Below, one piece after another: positions 16,201 through 32,144 of a stretch of DNA of 64,000 nt; positions within the stretch are counted from its first letter, which is position 1; each line of letters starts with the position of its first letter. A program made the translations under genes and the position numbers. The stretch covers positions 19,934 through 83,933 of the forward strand of contig PS015058.1 of assembly GCA_048213135.1 (NCBI GenBank). Reading direction: 5' to 3'. The notes beneath the pieces were generated by a model that saw nothing but the letters and a program-made list of their open reading frames with translations, had not been told where the DNA came from and made no database searches. The DNA is from Reclinomonas americana ATCC 50394. Its lineage: Eukaryota.

Positions 16201-19200
16201 CACTCACGTGCGAGGCGTGTTGCCTGATGCTCACACTTGCACAGGTACGAGCGTCTGCAGGAGTCGATTGAGATGCGTGTCGACCGTCGCACTCAAAAGG
16301 TGTACGGCCCGCCGGCTGGTGAGTGCGACTTGCAAGATTCAGAGTAATTTTGTGGTTGTCGCTTACCATTTGTTGTGCATCTGTGCAGGCATGCGATTGA
16401 TTACCTTCCTGGATGACTTGAACATGCCGCAAAAGGACACCTTCGGCTCGCAGCCGCCGCTGGAGCTCGTGCGTCAGTGGATGCAGTACGAGTTCTGGTA
16501 CGATCTGCACAAGCAGTCGCAGCGCTACATCAAGGACATGCAGCTGATTGCGGCAATGGCGCCGCCAGGTTTGTGTCGATTGATCTGTCCGCCTTTTTCT
16601 CTTCTTTCGACGGTCGCACTCATGTCGAACTCGTTGCGCACCACAGGCGGCGGTCGCACGGTCATCTCGGGCCGTCTGCAGAGCAAGTTCAACGTGATCA
16701 ACGTGACCTTCCCGTCCAAGACGCAAGTGCAGCACATTTTCAGCACCATGCTCAAGGCCAAGCTCATGGATTTCACCGACGACGTGCGCAGCCTCGTCGA
16801 TCCGCTCACTCAGGTGCGTGATAGCTCACGCGAGCGTGAGGAGAAAGGTCGATCGATGCTCACCATTGTTTGCAGAGCACTGTCGACATTTACAACGCCG
16901 TCGTCAACGGTCTGCTGCCAACGCCCACCAAGTCGCACTACGTCTTCAACATGCGCGATCTGTCCAAGGTGTTCCAGGGCATCATGTCGACCACCAAGGA
17001 GGCTGTCGACTCGAAGCAGTCCATGGTCAAGCTGTGGATTCACGGTGCGAGAGCCCTGTGTCATCTATTTCTCCTTCGCCGAGGTTGATCATTTGACAAT
17101 GCCTTGGTGTTTCCGATTGCAGAAAACATGCGCGTGTTCTCCGACCGCCTCATCTCCGACCAAGATCGCGAGTTCTTCCGTCAGCTCGTCGACGACAAGT
17201 TGTTCTCGTACTTTGAGACCACGTGGTCGTCGACCTGCTCGGATGGCCCACCGATCTTCGGCAACTTTATGGACGGCACTCCGTTGCGTTTTCTTCCTTA
17301 TTTCCACTCCCTGCATCTTGTGCGTCCTCACCTTTAATAATCGCACAGCATGTCGGAGAAGCCGGCCTACAAGGAGGTCCCGTCGCTGCGCGAGTTGCAC
17401 ATGCGCCTGGGTGACGCACTCGACATGTACAACATGACGCCGAAGGTGCGCCCGATGGACCTGGTGCTGTTCAAGGACGCCATGGAGCACGTGTGCCGCA
17501 TCTGGCGCGTGCTCTCGCAGGAGCGCGGCAATGTGATGCTTGTCGGCGTCGGCGGTAGCGGTCGCCAGAGTTTGTCGCGTCTGGCCGCCTCGCTCGGCGA
17601 GTACGGTGTGCGCCAAGTGGAAATCACCAAGAGCTTCGGCTTCAACGACTGGCGCAAGTTCATCATGGAGCTGTACGTCGAGGCCGGTGGCCCCGACGCC
17701 AAGCATCTCGTGTTCCTCTTTACGGACACGCAGATTGTGCTGGACAGCTTCATGGAAGGTGAGGCGACGCGACGCGACGCGACGCGGCAGGGAATACGTG
17801 TAGCACAGAATGACTCACTCCGTATCTGCAGACATCAACAACATTCTCAGCAGTGGCGAAGTGCCGAACCTGTTCCCCAACGAGGATCTCACTCGCATTC
17901 GCGAGGAGATGCGTCCGATCGCCCGCCAACTCGATCGCTCGCAGACCAACGACGCCCTGTACGGCCTGTTCATTGAGCGTGTCCGTGCTCACTTGCACGT
18001 GGTGCTGGTGCGTACTCTCTTCGTTGACGTGTGTCTGTGAAGAGCAACTCACCATGTATGTGTGTATAGTGCATGAGTCCGGTCGGCGACGGCTTCCGTA
18101 ACTACATTCGCATGTTCCCGTCGCTGGTCAGCTGCACGACCATCGATTGGTTCAGTGAGTGGCCGGAGGACGCGCTGCTGGAGGTGGCGGCCAAGTTCTT
18201 GGAGGATGTGCCGGATGTGAGCGACGAGGAGCGTCGCAACGTCGGCGAGATTGTCGTCAACATGCACGTGTCGGTGGCGCAGATGAACAAGCGCATGCTG
18301 AACGAGCTGCGCCGCTACAACTACGTGACGCCGACCAACTTCCTGGAGCTCGTCAAGGGCTACAAGGGCCTGCTGCAAGAGAAGCGACGCGAGCTCGGTG
18401 CCCTGGCGCACAAGCTGCGCAACGGTCTGCAGAAGCTGGAAGAGGGTCGCCAGCAAGTCGAGACCATGTCGAAGGAGCTCGAAATCAAGCAGGTGGACGT
18501 CGAGCGGAACCAGGAGGAATGCGATGCGCTGCTTAAGGTCATTGTGTCGGAGAAGGCCGACGCCGACAAGCAAGAGGCGGAAGTTGCGTCTCGACAGCCG
18601 GAGTATTTTTGTGTGTCACGTTAACATCAGTGCTGACGCCATGATGTTGTTACGCACAGGTCACCCGCGAGAGTGCACGCATTGAGAAGGAGAAAGAGGA
18701 GGCGTACTCAATCATGGCAGAGGCGCAGACGGAGCTGGACAAGGCGCTGCCGTTGCTGGAGGATGCAGAAAAGGCGCTGGGTGGCCTCAACCGTAGTGAT
18801 TTGGTCGAAGTGCGCTCGTACACCAAGGTGCCACTCGAGGTGGAGCTGGTGCTCAAGGCTGTGATGGTGTTGCTCGGCAAGCCGGCGACAGTCGACGAGG
18901 CCAAGCGTCGTATGAACGACCCCAGTTGCGTTCAACGCCACCCACTACCCGATGGTGTCACAGTGCACTAATTCCTGCCCCTCTTTTCGCGTGTGTCGAC
19001 AGACTTTATCTCGCAGCTGGTGACGTACCCGAAGGACGACATGAGTCTGACGGTGCTGGGCAAGATCGGCAAGTACACAGTGATGGATGAGTTCCAGCCG
19101 GCGGTGAGTCTACCACCTCGTCTCCCTCCCTTTTATTCTTCTGAGAACTCACTTTGCTGTCGTGGCGCGCAGAACGTCGGTCGCGTGTCGCGCGCCGCTC

Positions 19201-22200
19201 AATCCATGTGCTTGTGGGTGCGTGCCATGGAGTCGTACGGACACGTGGCCAAGACCGTCATGCCGAAGCGTCTGCGTGTCAAGCAAGCGCTCGAGGAGGT
19301 GGACATTAAGGAGAAGAGCTTGGCGGAAGCTCGTTGCGTCATCCAGCGCCACTTCGCAAAAGCGTGTTTGGAACACCAAGTCTCATTGCTTTCCTCCCCA
19401 CACAGAGGCTCGCTTGGCTGAAATCAAGGCCAAAGTCGCGGAGTTGAAGAAGCGTCACGAGGAGTCGGCGGCGCTGCGCGATCGCCTGCGTGCCGAAGCC
19501 GAGATGCTGTCCACGAAGCTGCAGCGTGCCCAGGCGGTGAGTCGTGTGTGCCTCCTGTCTTGAGTGTGGGCTTCATTTGCTGACTCGGCGTGCTGCAGCT
19601 GGTCGACGGTCTGTCGGGTGAGCGTGTGCGTTGGGAGACCAATGCGGAGATCTACGAAGACCAGTTGAGTCGCCTGGTGGGCGACGTGCTGCTTGCTGCG
19701 GCCTTCTTGTCGTACGCTGGTCCCTTCACCTCCGAGTACCGAAGCGATTTGGTGCATGGCTGGAAGGAGCGCGTGTCGGATCTGCGCTTGCCAGTGTCGG
19801 AAGACTTTGAGTTCACCAAGTTCCTGGCGAAGCCGACCGACGTGCGCGACTGGAACATCAAGGGTCTGCCGACGGACAACTTTAGCACGGAGAATGGCGT
19901 GCTGGTCACGCGCAGCTCGCGCTGGCCGCTCATGATTGACCCGCAAGGCCAAGCCAACAAGTGGATCAAGAAGCTCGACCCGAAGCTGGCCGTCACCGAT
20001 CTCAAGCAGCGCGATTTCCTGCGCAAGCTGGAGAACGCCATTGGTTTCGGCACAACGGTGCTCATTGAGGATGTGGGTGAGGAGATGGACCCGACACTGG
20101 AGCCCATTTTGGCCAAGGCCATTGTCAAGATCGGCAACCGCTGGGTGCTGCGTGTCGGCGACAAGGATATTGACTGGAACCCCGATTTCCGTCTGTACAT
20201 GACGACCAAGCTGCCGAATCCGCACTACGCCCCCGAGGTGTGCACCAAGACCACCATTGTCAACTTTGCTGTCAAGGAGCAAGGTCTCGAAGACCAGCTG
20301 CTCGGCATTGTCGTGCGCAAGGAGCGCATCGACCTCGAGCGCAGCAAGAACGAGCTGGTGGTGCAAATGGCCCAGGCCAAGGTACTTTTATTGTGTTTGT
20401 GCATGTGCGCTCCCATTCCGTGTTCCTCATCGTTGTCGCTTCTGGTAGAAACAAATGGAGCAACTCGAGGACGACATTCTGCGTCTGCTGGAGGGCTCTG
20501 GTTCGTTCTTGGACGACGAGCAGCTGGTGTCGACGCTGCAGAATGCCAAGGTCACCAGTCAGCGCATCAAGGAGCAGCTGGCGGTCAACGCCGAGACGGA
20601 GAAGAAGATCGATGTGGCGCGTAACGAGTACCGCCCGTGCGCCAAGCGCGCCTCCATCCTCTTCTTTGTCCTCAACGACCTCAGCCGTGTGGACCCGATG
20701 TACCAGGTGCGCGCAGGGAGAGAGAATGCAGAGAGTGGAGATTATTCGATGTGTGCTGACACCGCTGGCGCAGTTCGCTCTCGACTCGTACATTGCGCTG
20801 TTCGAGATGAACATTGACAACTGCCCGGCGCCGGAGCAGGACGACGTCAAGACGCGCATTCTCCACCTCAACTCGTACCACACCCTGGTCGTGTACAACA
20901 CCACGTGCCGCGGTCTCTTTGAGAAGCACAAGCTGTTGTTCGCGTTCCAGATCTGCGCCAAGATTCTGCAGGGCGAAAGCCAGTTGAATCTGGTGGACTA
21001 CCAGTTCTTCCTGCGCGGTGGCCAGGTGCTGGACAAGGAGACGCAGCCGCCGAACCCGTGCCCGATGTGGATGAACGAGAGCGTATGGGACAACATCTTC
21101 GAGCTCGACAAGCTGTCTTCGTACCGCGGAATTGCCGAGAGGTGCGTGTGTGACATGCACAACACACACACCCCCTGCACACTGTCTCACACGAAATTGA
21201 CACGATCGCAGCTTTGAGCAACTGAGCCGCGATTGGCACGAGTGGTACCTGCACCCGGAGCCGGAGACGATTCCGCTGAAGGGCGAGTGGGAGGCCAAGC
21301 TGCGCGACAAGCTGCAGCGCATGGTGCTGGTCCGCTGCCTGCGCCCCGATCGTGTGACATTCATGGTCCGCGATTTCATCGAGTCCAAGCTCGGTCCTGA
21401 CGTTGCGTCAGTTGTGACAGCAAGGTGATGCGATATGGTGGTACTCACTCTTGTGTGTTTGACGTCGCGCAGTACATCAAGACGCCGGTGGCCGAACTCA
21501 GCATTGTGTACCGCGACTCAAGCCCCGTCACACCCTTCGTGTTTGTGCTGTCGCCTGGTGTCGACCCGACCTCCAAGCTGGGAGAGCTGGCTCGTCAGCT
21601 GAACATCAAATACGTGAGTCGCAACAAGAAGGCGGAGGAGGGCTCTTCATTATCGAGGCTCACCATTTTCTGTTTTCCTCCTTCTCCAGGAAAACCTTGC
21701 GCTTGGTCGTGGCCAGGCCAAGCCTGCGCTCGACATGCTGAATCGCGGCATGCGCGAGGGCAACTGGGTATTCTTCGCCAACTGCCATCTGATGATTAGC
21801 TGGATGCCGGAGCTGGAGAAGATCATCAACGAGCTGCCGCAGCGCGACCTGCACCCGAACTTCCGCCTGTGGCTCTCCAGTGTGCCGCACCCGAAGTTCC
21901 CGATTGGCATTCTGCAGACGGCCATCAAGATCACCACCGAGCCGCCGAAGGGCATCAAGAACAACCTCACCCGTCTGTACAACCTGCTCAGCGAGGAGAA
22001 GTTCGGTCGCTGCTCCAAGCTGAGTCCGTACAAGCGTCTGCTCTTCTCGCTCTGCTTCTACCACTCGATTCTGCTGGAGCGCCGCAAGTTCGGCACCCTC
22101 GGTCTCAACATCCCGTACGACTTCAACGACTCAGACTTCGAGGTCAGCGAGGACATTCTCGCCCTGTACCTCGACTCGTACGAGGAGATCCCGTGGAAGA

Positions 22201-23834
22201 GTCTGCGGTACCTGGTGTCCGAGGCCTCGTATGGTGGCCGTGTCACCGACGACCGCGATCGCCGTCTCCTGAATGTGTACATTGATCAGGTGTGTGTGTG
22301 TGTGTGTGTGTATGGCAAAGTACCTCTCTGCATGGCTGCCAATTAGTGTTTCTCACTCTATGAGTTTTCCCCCTCCTGCAGTTCTTCCACGTCGAAGTCA
22401 CTGAGACCGACAAGTACCGCCTGTCGGCGCTGTCGTCGTACTATGTCCCGCCCGACGGTCCGCTGACGGCCTACAAGGAGTTCATCAAGAGCGAGCTGCC
22501 GGAGCAGGACAAGCCCGAGGCCTTTGGTCAGCACGCCAATGCCGACATTTCAGCGCAGATCGAGGACTCGGTGGCCATTCTCGACACGCTGTTGTCGTTG
22601 CAGCCACGCGCCTCTGCAGCCAGTTTCGTCGTCGCATGCGCGCGCACACACGCGCACGCAGGTTGTGAGTTCGTTTGAACTCACCGTTGCTCGTGAACGC
22701 AGACACTGGTGGTGGACCGGTGGTGTCACGCGAGGACATGGTCATGGACCTGGCCACGGACTTGCAGGGCAAGATTCCAGAGCAGGTCGACCTGGAGCTC
22801 ACCAAGGACGCGCTGCCGGACGACGGCTCCGCCCTCAACCCAGTGCTGCTGCAAGAGCTGGCCCGCTACAACATTCTGCTGCGCAACGTGAAGCGCGATC
22901 TGGCGGAGCTCAAGAAGGGCATCAAGGGTCTTGTGGTCATGAGCCCGGAGCTCGACGAGGTCTTCAACTTCATGTACGACGGCAAGGTGCCGCCGGCGTG
23001 GCTGAAGCAGTATCCGTCGGTGAAGCCGCTTGCGGCCTGGATCCGCGACCTCAACCAGCGCATGGACCAGCTGCGCAAGTGGGCCAACAGGTTGGTGCAA
23101 CTGGTGCGACGTGGTTGGAGACAAGGATTGTGTTGCTGAAATGATTTTTCTGTGCAGCTCCACTCCGCCCAAGATCTTCTGGCTCGGCGGCTTTACGTTC
23201 CCGACGGTTTGTTTGCATGTGTTGTCATAACTACCTTGCCAGTGGCGCTCATTGATTGATGTTGTTTGTGCAGGGCTTCTTGACTGCGCTGCAGCAAAAC
23301 TATGCTCGTCAGCACAACGTGTCTGTCGATATGCTGGGCTGGGAGTTCCCGATTGTGCCGTACGAGGAGGCCGACATTTTGCACCCGCCACGCGACGGTG
23401 CCTACATGAAGGGCATGTTCCTGGAGGGCGGCGGCTGGGACTGGGATGAGTCCGAGTTGTGCGAACCCAAGCCGATGGAGCTGTTGTCGAACATGCCGGT
23501 ACGTGGCGGAGGACGGTCACAGCATTTTTTCGCCGATTTTTAGGTGTTGCTCACTTGCACTGCGCCACACGCACAGATTATTCACTTCAAGCCTGTCGAT
23601 TTGCGCAAGCGCAAGGCTCCTGGCCTCTTCGAGTGCCCGTTGTACATGTATCCAGTGCGCACCGGCACTCGGTGAGTTGTCGCCTGCTTCTTCCCCCCGT
23701 CTTTCCGGCTTGTTGCTGACATTATGTATCACAGTGAGCGCCCGTCGTTCATGCTCTACGTCGACCTGAAGAGCGGTGATGTGGAACCGGAGCATTGGGT
23801 CAAGCGCGGCACTGCGCTGCTGCTCTCGACGTAA
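5610..23834 (+). CDS. DNAH2: axonemal dynein heavy chain, DNAH2-like (inner arm I1/f beta type), about 59 introns
   Basis: AAA1 [14 protein letters not shown] and [15 protein letters not shown]2 [11 protein letters not shown]3 [11 protein letters not shown]4 GVGGSGRQS, stalk, [18 protein letters not shown]-terminal [10 protein letters not shown]-terminus [13 protein letters not shown]. Exons rejoin in frame through GT-AG introns and one GC-AG intron. The subfamily call is from recalled motifs. Confidence 0.93.
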
Positions 23835-23924
23835 ACGCAGCAGAGTCAATGAAAAACGAATACGCAATTTGTGTACGATGATGTGCGTTTGACATTGTCA
23901 TGCCTTCCGGTGTATTGTGGCTGC

Positions 23925-26900
23925 TCAGAAAGCTCCTCGGATGCGTGCCTCGACCGCCAAGATGCGCTCCAGAACTCCACGCTGGAACTTTTGGTGAATC
24001 AGGCGCGCGAATTCGGCCAGTGCCTCGGCCGTCTCCTGTGTGCTGGCCAGCAACTGCACGACGAGGTGAGGACACGCGAGGGAGGACGGAAGGAAAGAGC
24101 ACGGTACACACCTGGGCGTGCATGTGCGGCTGCGATCGGCGCACATCAAAGCGCTTGCCGAGCGACTCCATGAGCCGGTCAATAACCACGGGCAGAATGC
24201 GGCGCACGGATTCGTCCAATTGTTGGAATCGCTCGTAGCACTGGCGCACTTGAGCCGGATGCAGGGGCACCAGTTCGAGTGATTGCACCATCTACAAAGG
24301 GAAAGGGAAAGGGAAAGGGAGAGGGAGAGGGAGAGGGATAGAGGGATAGAGGGTCAGCTGTGATTAAAGGCGGTGGTGGTGGCGGCGACGACAAAGCAAA
24401 CCTGAATCGAGTCATCCTGGTGTCCGGCATCGTACGCATCAATGTACTCCATCAGCTGCAAGATGTAATGCAGCGTCTGCAGCAGGCTGGACGACGGCGC
24501 TTCGGAGCTATCCGAGAGCGACGACTGCCGGTAGTTGGCATAAAATTGCAGGCCCAAGTCCTGGAGCAACAGATTGAGGAACAACTGACAAGAGGGCGAC
24601 TGAGCATTGCCAGCTCGACACACCTTCAGCTCCACTCGCCGCTCGCCATTAATGGCCACACGTCCGAGTTCGCGGTTGAGAATAACAAGCGCCTCATTCG
24701 GTTTCTGTGCACAGACAGACAAGTGAGTATGACAATCTAGGCGCCACACTCACGAGTGCCGCCACATACCTTGCACACGTTGTACAGGTACACAGCATCC
24801 TCGATGAGACCCTTGCGCTCCGCCTGCGCCGCCGCATTGGCGGCCACCAGGCGCACCTCGTCCGAGTTGTACACCTCATGCAAGCATCCACGCTGGCGAC
24901 AAGACGTTGGTTCAACATACGGCAACGGTCTGCGGGCGGACACACACAACACTCACCTCGCGGCTTCCCTTGCCGAAAAACACTTCCCAGTTGCGGCTCT
25001 TGCGCACGACCTTGCTGACTGCCAAAATGCGTGCGCGCTTGGCAGGACTGCACATGCCACAAACAGTCAGCAACCAACCTTGCGCACAAGCACTCCTCGA
25101 CTATGCCACGCAACTCGATGCTGTCCAAGGCCTCGTCCGGGCTGTACTCGTCGGCCGACGGTTGCACCAGAGAAACGTACGTGACTGCCGGACGGGGCGC
25201 CGTCTGCACAAACGACTTGACGTACTCCTTGAGCAGAGCGTTGAAGTTGAAAAAGTCGGTCTCCGCCTCGCGACCAACTGCGAAGCCATCGTCTAGTCAG
25301 CCGGAAAGCGCAGCACATAGTTTCTACCAAAAGGAGCGACGCAACAAATGGGATTTTGTGTGGACGACGGCAGATTCAGCGCGCCGTAGTACACCAAGGC
25401 AATTGCCATGTGCAAGCCCTCCAGCTTGAAATCGCCGAGCGTGCGCGTGCACAAGTATTCGAGACCCTGGTGGACAGAGAGAGTGAGGAAGAGAGAGTGC
25501 AGACTTACAACAAGACACGCACACACATACCCGTTCGAATTGCTGCGTCAAAAAGAGCAGCTTGGCAAACAGGAGAGGGTTCTCGGGGAACGCCTCTCGT
25601 GGATTCTGTGACGAGACGAGCGCCTGCACGTCTTCCAGGCGACGAGACGACGCCGATGACGAGGACGAGGCGGCAGTCTCCGGCAGAATGCGCACCATTT
25701 TCAACTGTGAATGACAGGAGGGTTGTATGTGAGTACTTCTACCGACACCAGGCGATTCTGGATCCATCAAAACCAACCTCCCACCACACCCAGTCCTCGA
25801 TGAACTGCGTGACGTCCTGCGGCAACCCCGACGGCAGCCGGCACATGAGAGCGTAGATGGCCTTCAGGTAGGGATCGTCAGAGTCAGACAAGCTGTCCAT
25901 TCGATCCTTTGCCTGTCTCCAGGTATTTTCGTTGGCCCTACGATGTTGTCAACGTCAGAACATTACCCAGAATGCGATGGGGAAGCTGGCGACCTCTTCC
26001 CACGCACCCCGAGTGATCGGAACCCAGCAGCTTTGTCATGAACGACGCCAGTTCCGGATCGCGCTTTGACATCAAGCGGCGCGCCTTGTCGGTGAGACCG
26101 CATCGAAGGCAAAAGTAAATCAGCGCAAACGGATACTCGACGCGCTCGCCCTCGCGCTTGCGTACGGTCTCGCGCTACACACACGCACGCAAATGATAAG
26201 TGTGAGGTGAATCAGCGAGACACGCACAAACACACACATCCACAAAAAAACACACCCTGACATGGTCGGATATCCGCTTCTCCTCGCGCATCACATTGAG
26301 GTAGCCACGCAGATTGGAGATTGGCTTTTGCGTGCCACCACGTTGCGCCAGCAGCGGGTTATTCGTCGCCGTCGTGCGGCAGTGCTTCAACATGCTGTGC
26401 GTGGGAGAGAAAGAGAAGCATGAGTCCAAGCATGCAGAACATCGACACAGAGAGGCCCACGCAACTCGTCCTCCAGGTACTTGAGCGCGCCAGTCAAGTA
26501 ATGCTGTCTCCTCTCGTTGCCGGTGAATCGTGCCATCTCCTCGCTTGGTCGGTGCGTGTTGGCCAACGAGTCAACATCGAGCAACGACCCGAGCAACTCC
26601 CACAACTCGGACGGTTGAGTGCCCTGTTCACTCACACGCGCCACCGTTAGCAACACTAAAGAAATGAGTGTCTGACAAAGAGCGACCCCACCTGCGGTCG
26701 GCTGGACACAGCCTCGGAGCACTTGCGAAAGTTGGCAATGAGCGGGTACGGCTCCTCCTGGAACACAGCAACCGCGTACTCGTGCACGACCTCGTAAAAC
26801 GCTTGCATGCGCGGGTGAATAAACGCGCCGCCACGCATGCCCGTCGGGTGCGCCGGCTGCACCGCACCCGTAGTCATGTACTGGAATCCACCACCAGCGC

Positions 26901-28211
26901 CCGCCCCATCCGCACGCGGCACCGCATCCGCCGCCATGAGCACATCATCGTCAATACCATCGACACCCGGCTGCTGCGGACGCCGCCGCTTCATCCAGTC
27001 CAGGAACTTTTGTCGACTCTTTTCCCACTTCTTGCGTGTCAGTCGGTGGTAGGCGTCCTCGAACTTGGAGGTGGTCTGGCGGGGGGAGGAAGAAGGGTGA
27101 GACGGGGAAGGGTGAGAAGGGGAGAGAAGGGGAGAGAGAGAAGGGAGAGAGTGTGAAGGAGAGGCAGGAGAAGGGTGGGGGAGGGAGAGAGAGAGGTGAG
27201 GGAGAGTGTGCGTTGTATGTGTGTGAGTGAGAGAGAAGGGGACAGTGCGAAGCGAGGGAGGAGAGAGGCAAGGGAGAAGCCTGGGAGAGAGAGAGGGGCA
27301 AAGAGAGAAAGGGAGAAGATAGAAGCAGGAGAGAAGCGTGAACGAGAGTGACATACACCGAGAGACAAATGAAGAGAAACGAAGCAGAGAAAGCGATAGA
27401 AGCAAGGGGGAGAGAGAAGGGGAGGCAGAGAAGGGTGGGGGAAGAAGAGTGAAAAACAGAGAACGCTAGAAAGAGGGAGGCACAAAGGGAGAGTGAGTGT
27501 GCATGTAGGGAGAGAGAGAGGCAAGAGAAGGGCGTAACAACTGAGAACGGGAGACAAGGGAGACGCGCGAGGGAAAGAAAAGGCACAAGAGAGAGACAGG
27601 GAGAGAGGCAAGGACAGTACCGACTTGCGTGCTTCCTCCACAGCCGTCGCAATCATCATTTCCCGCTCGTGACGAGTAAAGCCCTCGACATCGGTCTTGC
27701 GGAAGGGCTCCAGTGGCTGCAAGCACCAGCAGTCAACAGACAAGAAGGAGAAAGAGAGAGAGAGATGCACACAGGGAGACACACACCTCGAATGCATGTT
27801 GCAAGTCGAGCGCATTGAGACGACGACTGGTGGTCGACACATCGACCTTGTTACGCGCCAACAGCATCACACTGCACAAACACACAGAGTGAGCAACAAG
27901 CATAGAGCACAAAGAGACATCAAAGTGCACACACACACACACACACACCCTTTTGTGTGCGCAGTCGAGCGCGCCTTGGCCGACAACTTGCGCGTCTCTG
28001 CCAACAGCATCTCAGGTGTGCGATGCAGAGGAAGCGGTTCCTCTCCACCTGCATACTGATTGGCCTCGGCCTGTGAAAGAAAAGAGAGAGAGAGAGAGAG
28101 AGAGATGAGCGCGACATGTCACGCACTTTTTATCTTGCAAAACCACATACACACACAGCACAACGAGCAGCGCGTTACCATCAGGAACTCCAGCTCCGCC
28201 TCGCGATTCAT
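23925..28211 (-). CDS. NUP93: nucleoporin Nup93/Nic96
   Basis: FE|PLEPFRKTDVEGFTRHEREMMIATAVEEARK..KWEKSRQKFL; FAKLLFLTQQFER; LHMAIALVYYGAL; NFNALLKEYVKSF; C-terminal AEALAEFARLIHQKF..LERILAVEARIRGAF*. Confidence 0.9.
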
Positions 28212-28348
28212 AGTCCACACACACACACGCAGCAACGACGAAATCCACTGCTCTGTTTCAATCGACCAAAGTCGTGTTGTCTTTGTTTTTGTGTCGCGCG
28301 CGCGCACACTTTGGTTGTTGTGTTGTGTGTGAGTGAGTGCGCTGCAAG

Positions 28349-31973
<3,625 letters not shown>

Positions 31974-32144
31974 GATGTGTATGCGCGTGTGTGTGTGTGT
32001 GCTCGCTACTTCTCGCTGGAAACAATATGTGTGTGTACTTAGACGAAAAATGAAACGAGTGGGATGCGGTGAACCAACCAGCAAAGAGAGCGCGACTGCA
32101 TTGCATTGCCACACACTATCTCTCTGTCTCTCCTTTTCGTCTTA

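Noticed and set aside
6214-22629. Reading the shifted donors as non-canonical G|TT introns with a slid acceptor
   Set aside because: Where the two readings differ, GT-AG gives the better residue: 6834 gives S rather than W, 18925 gives N in DPNF, and 21402 gives Y rather than D.
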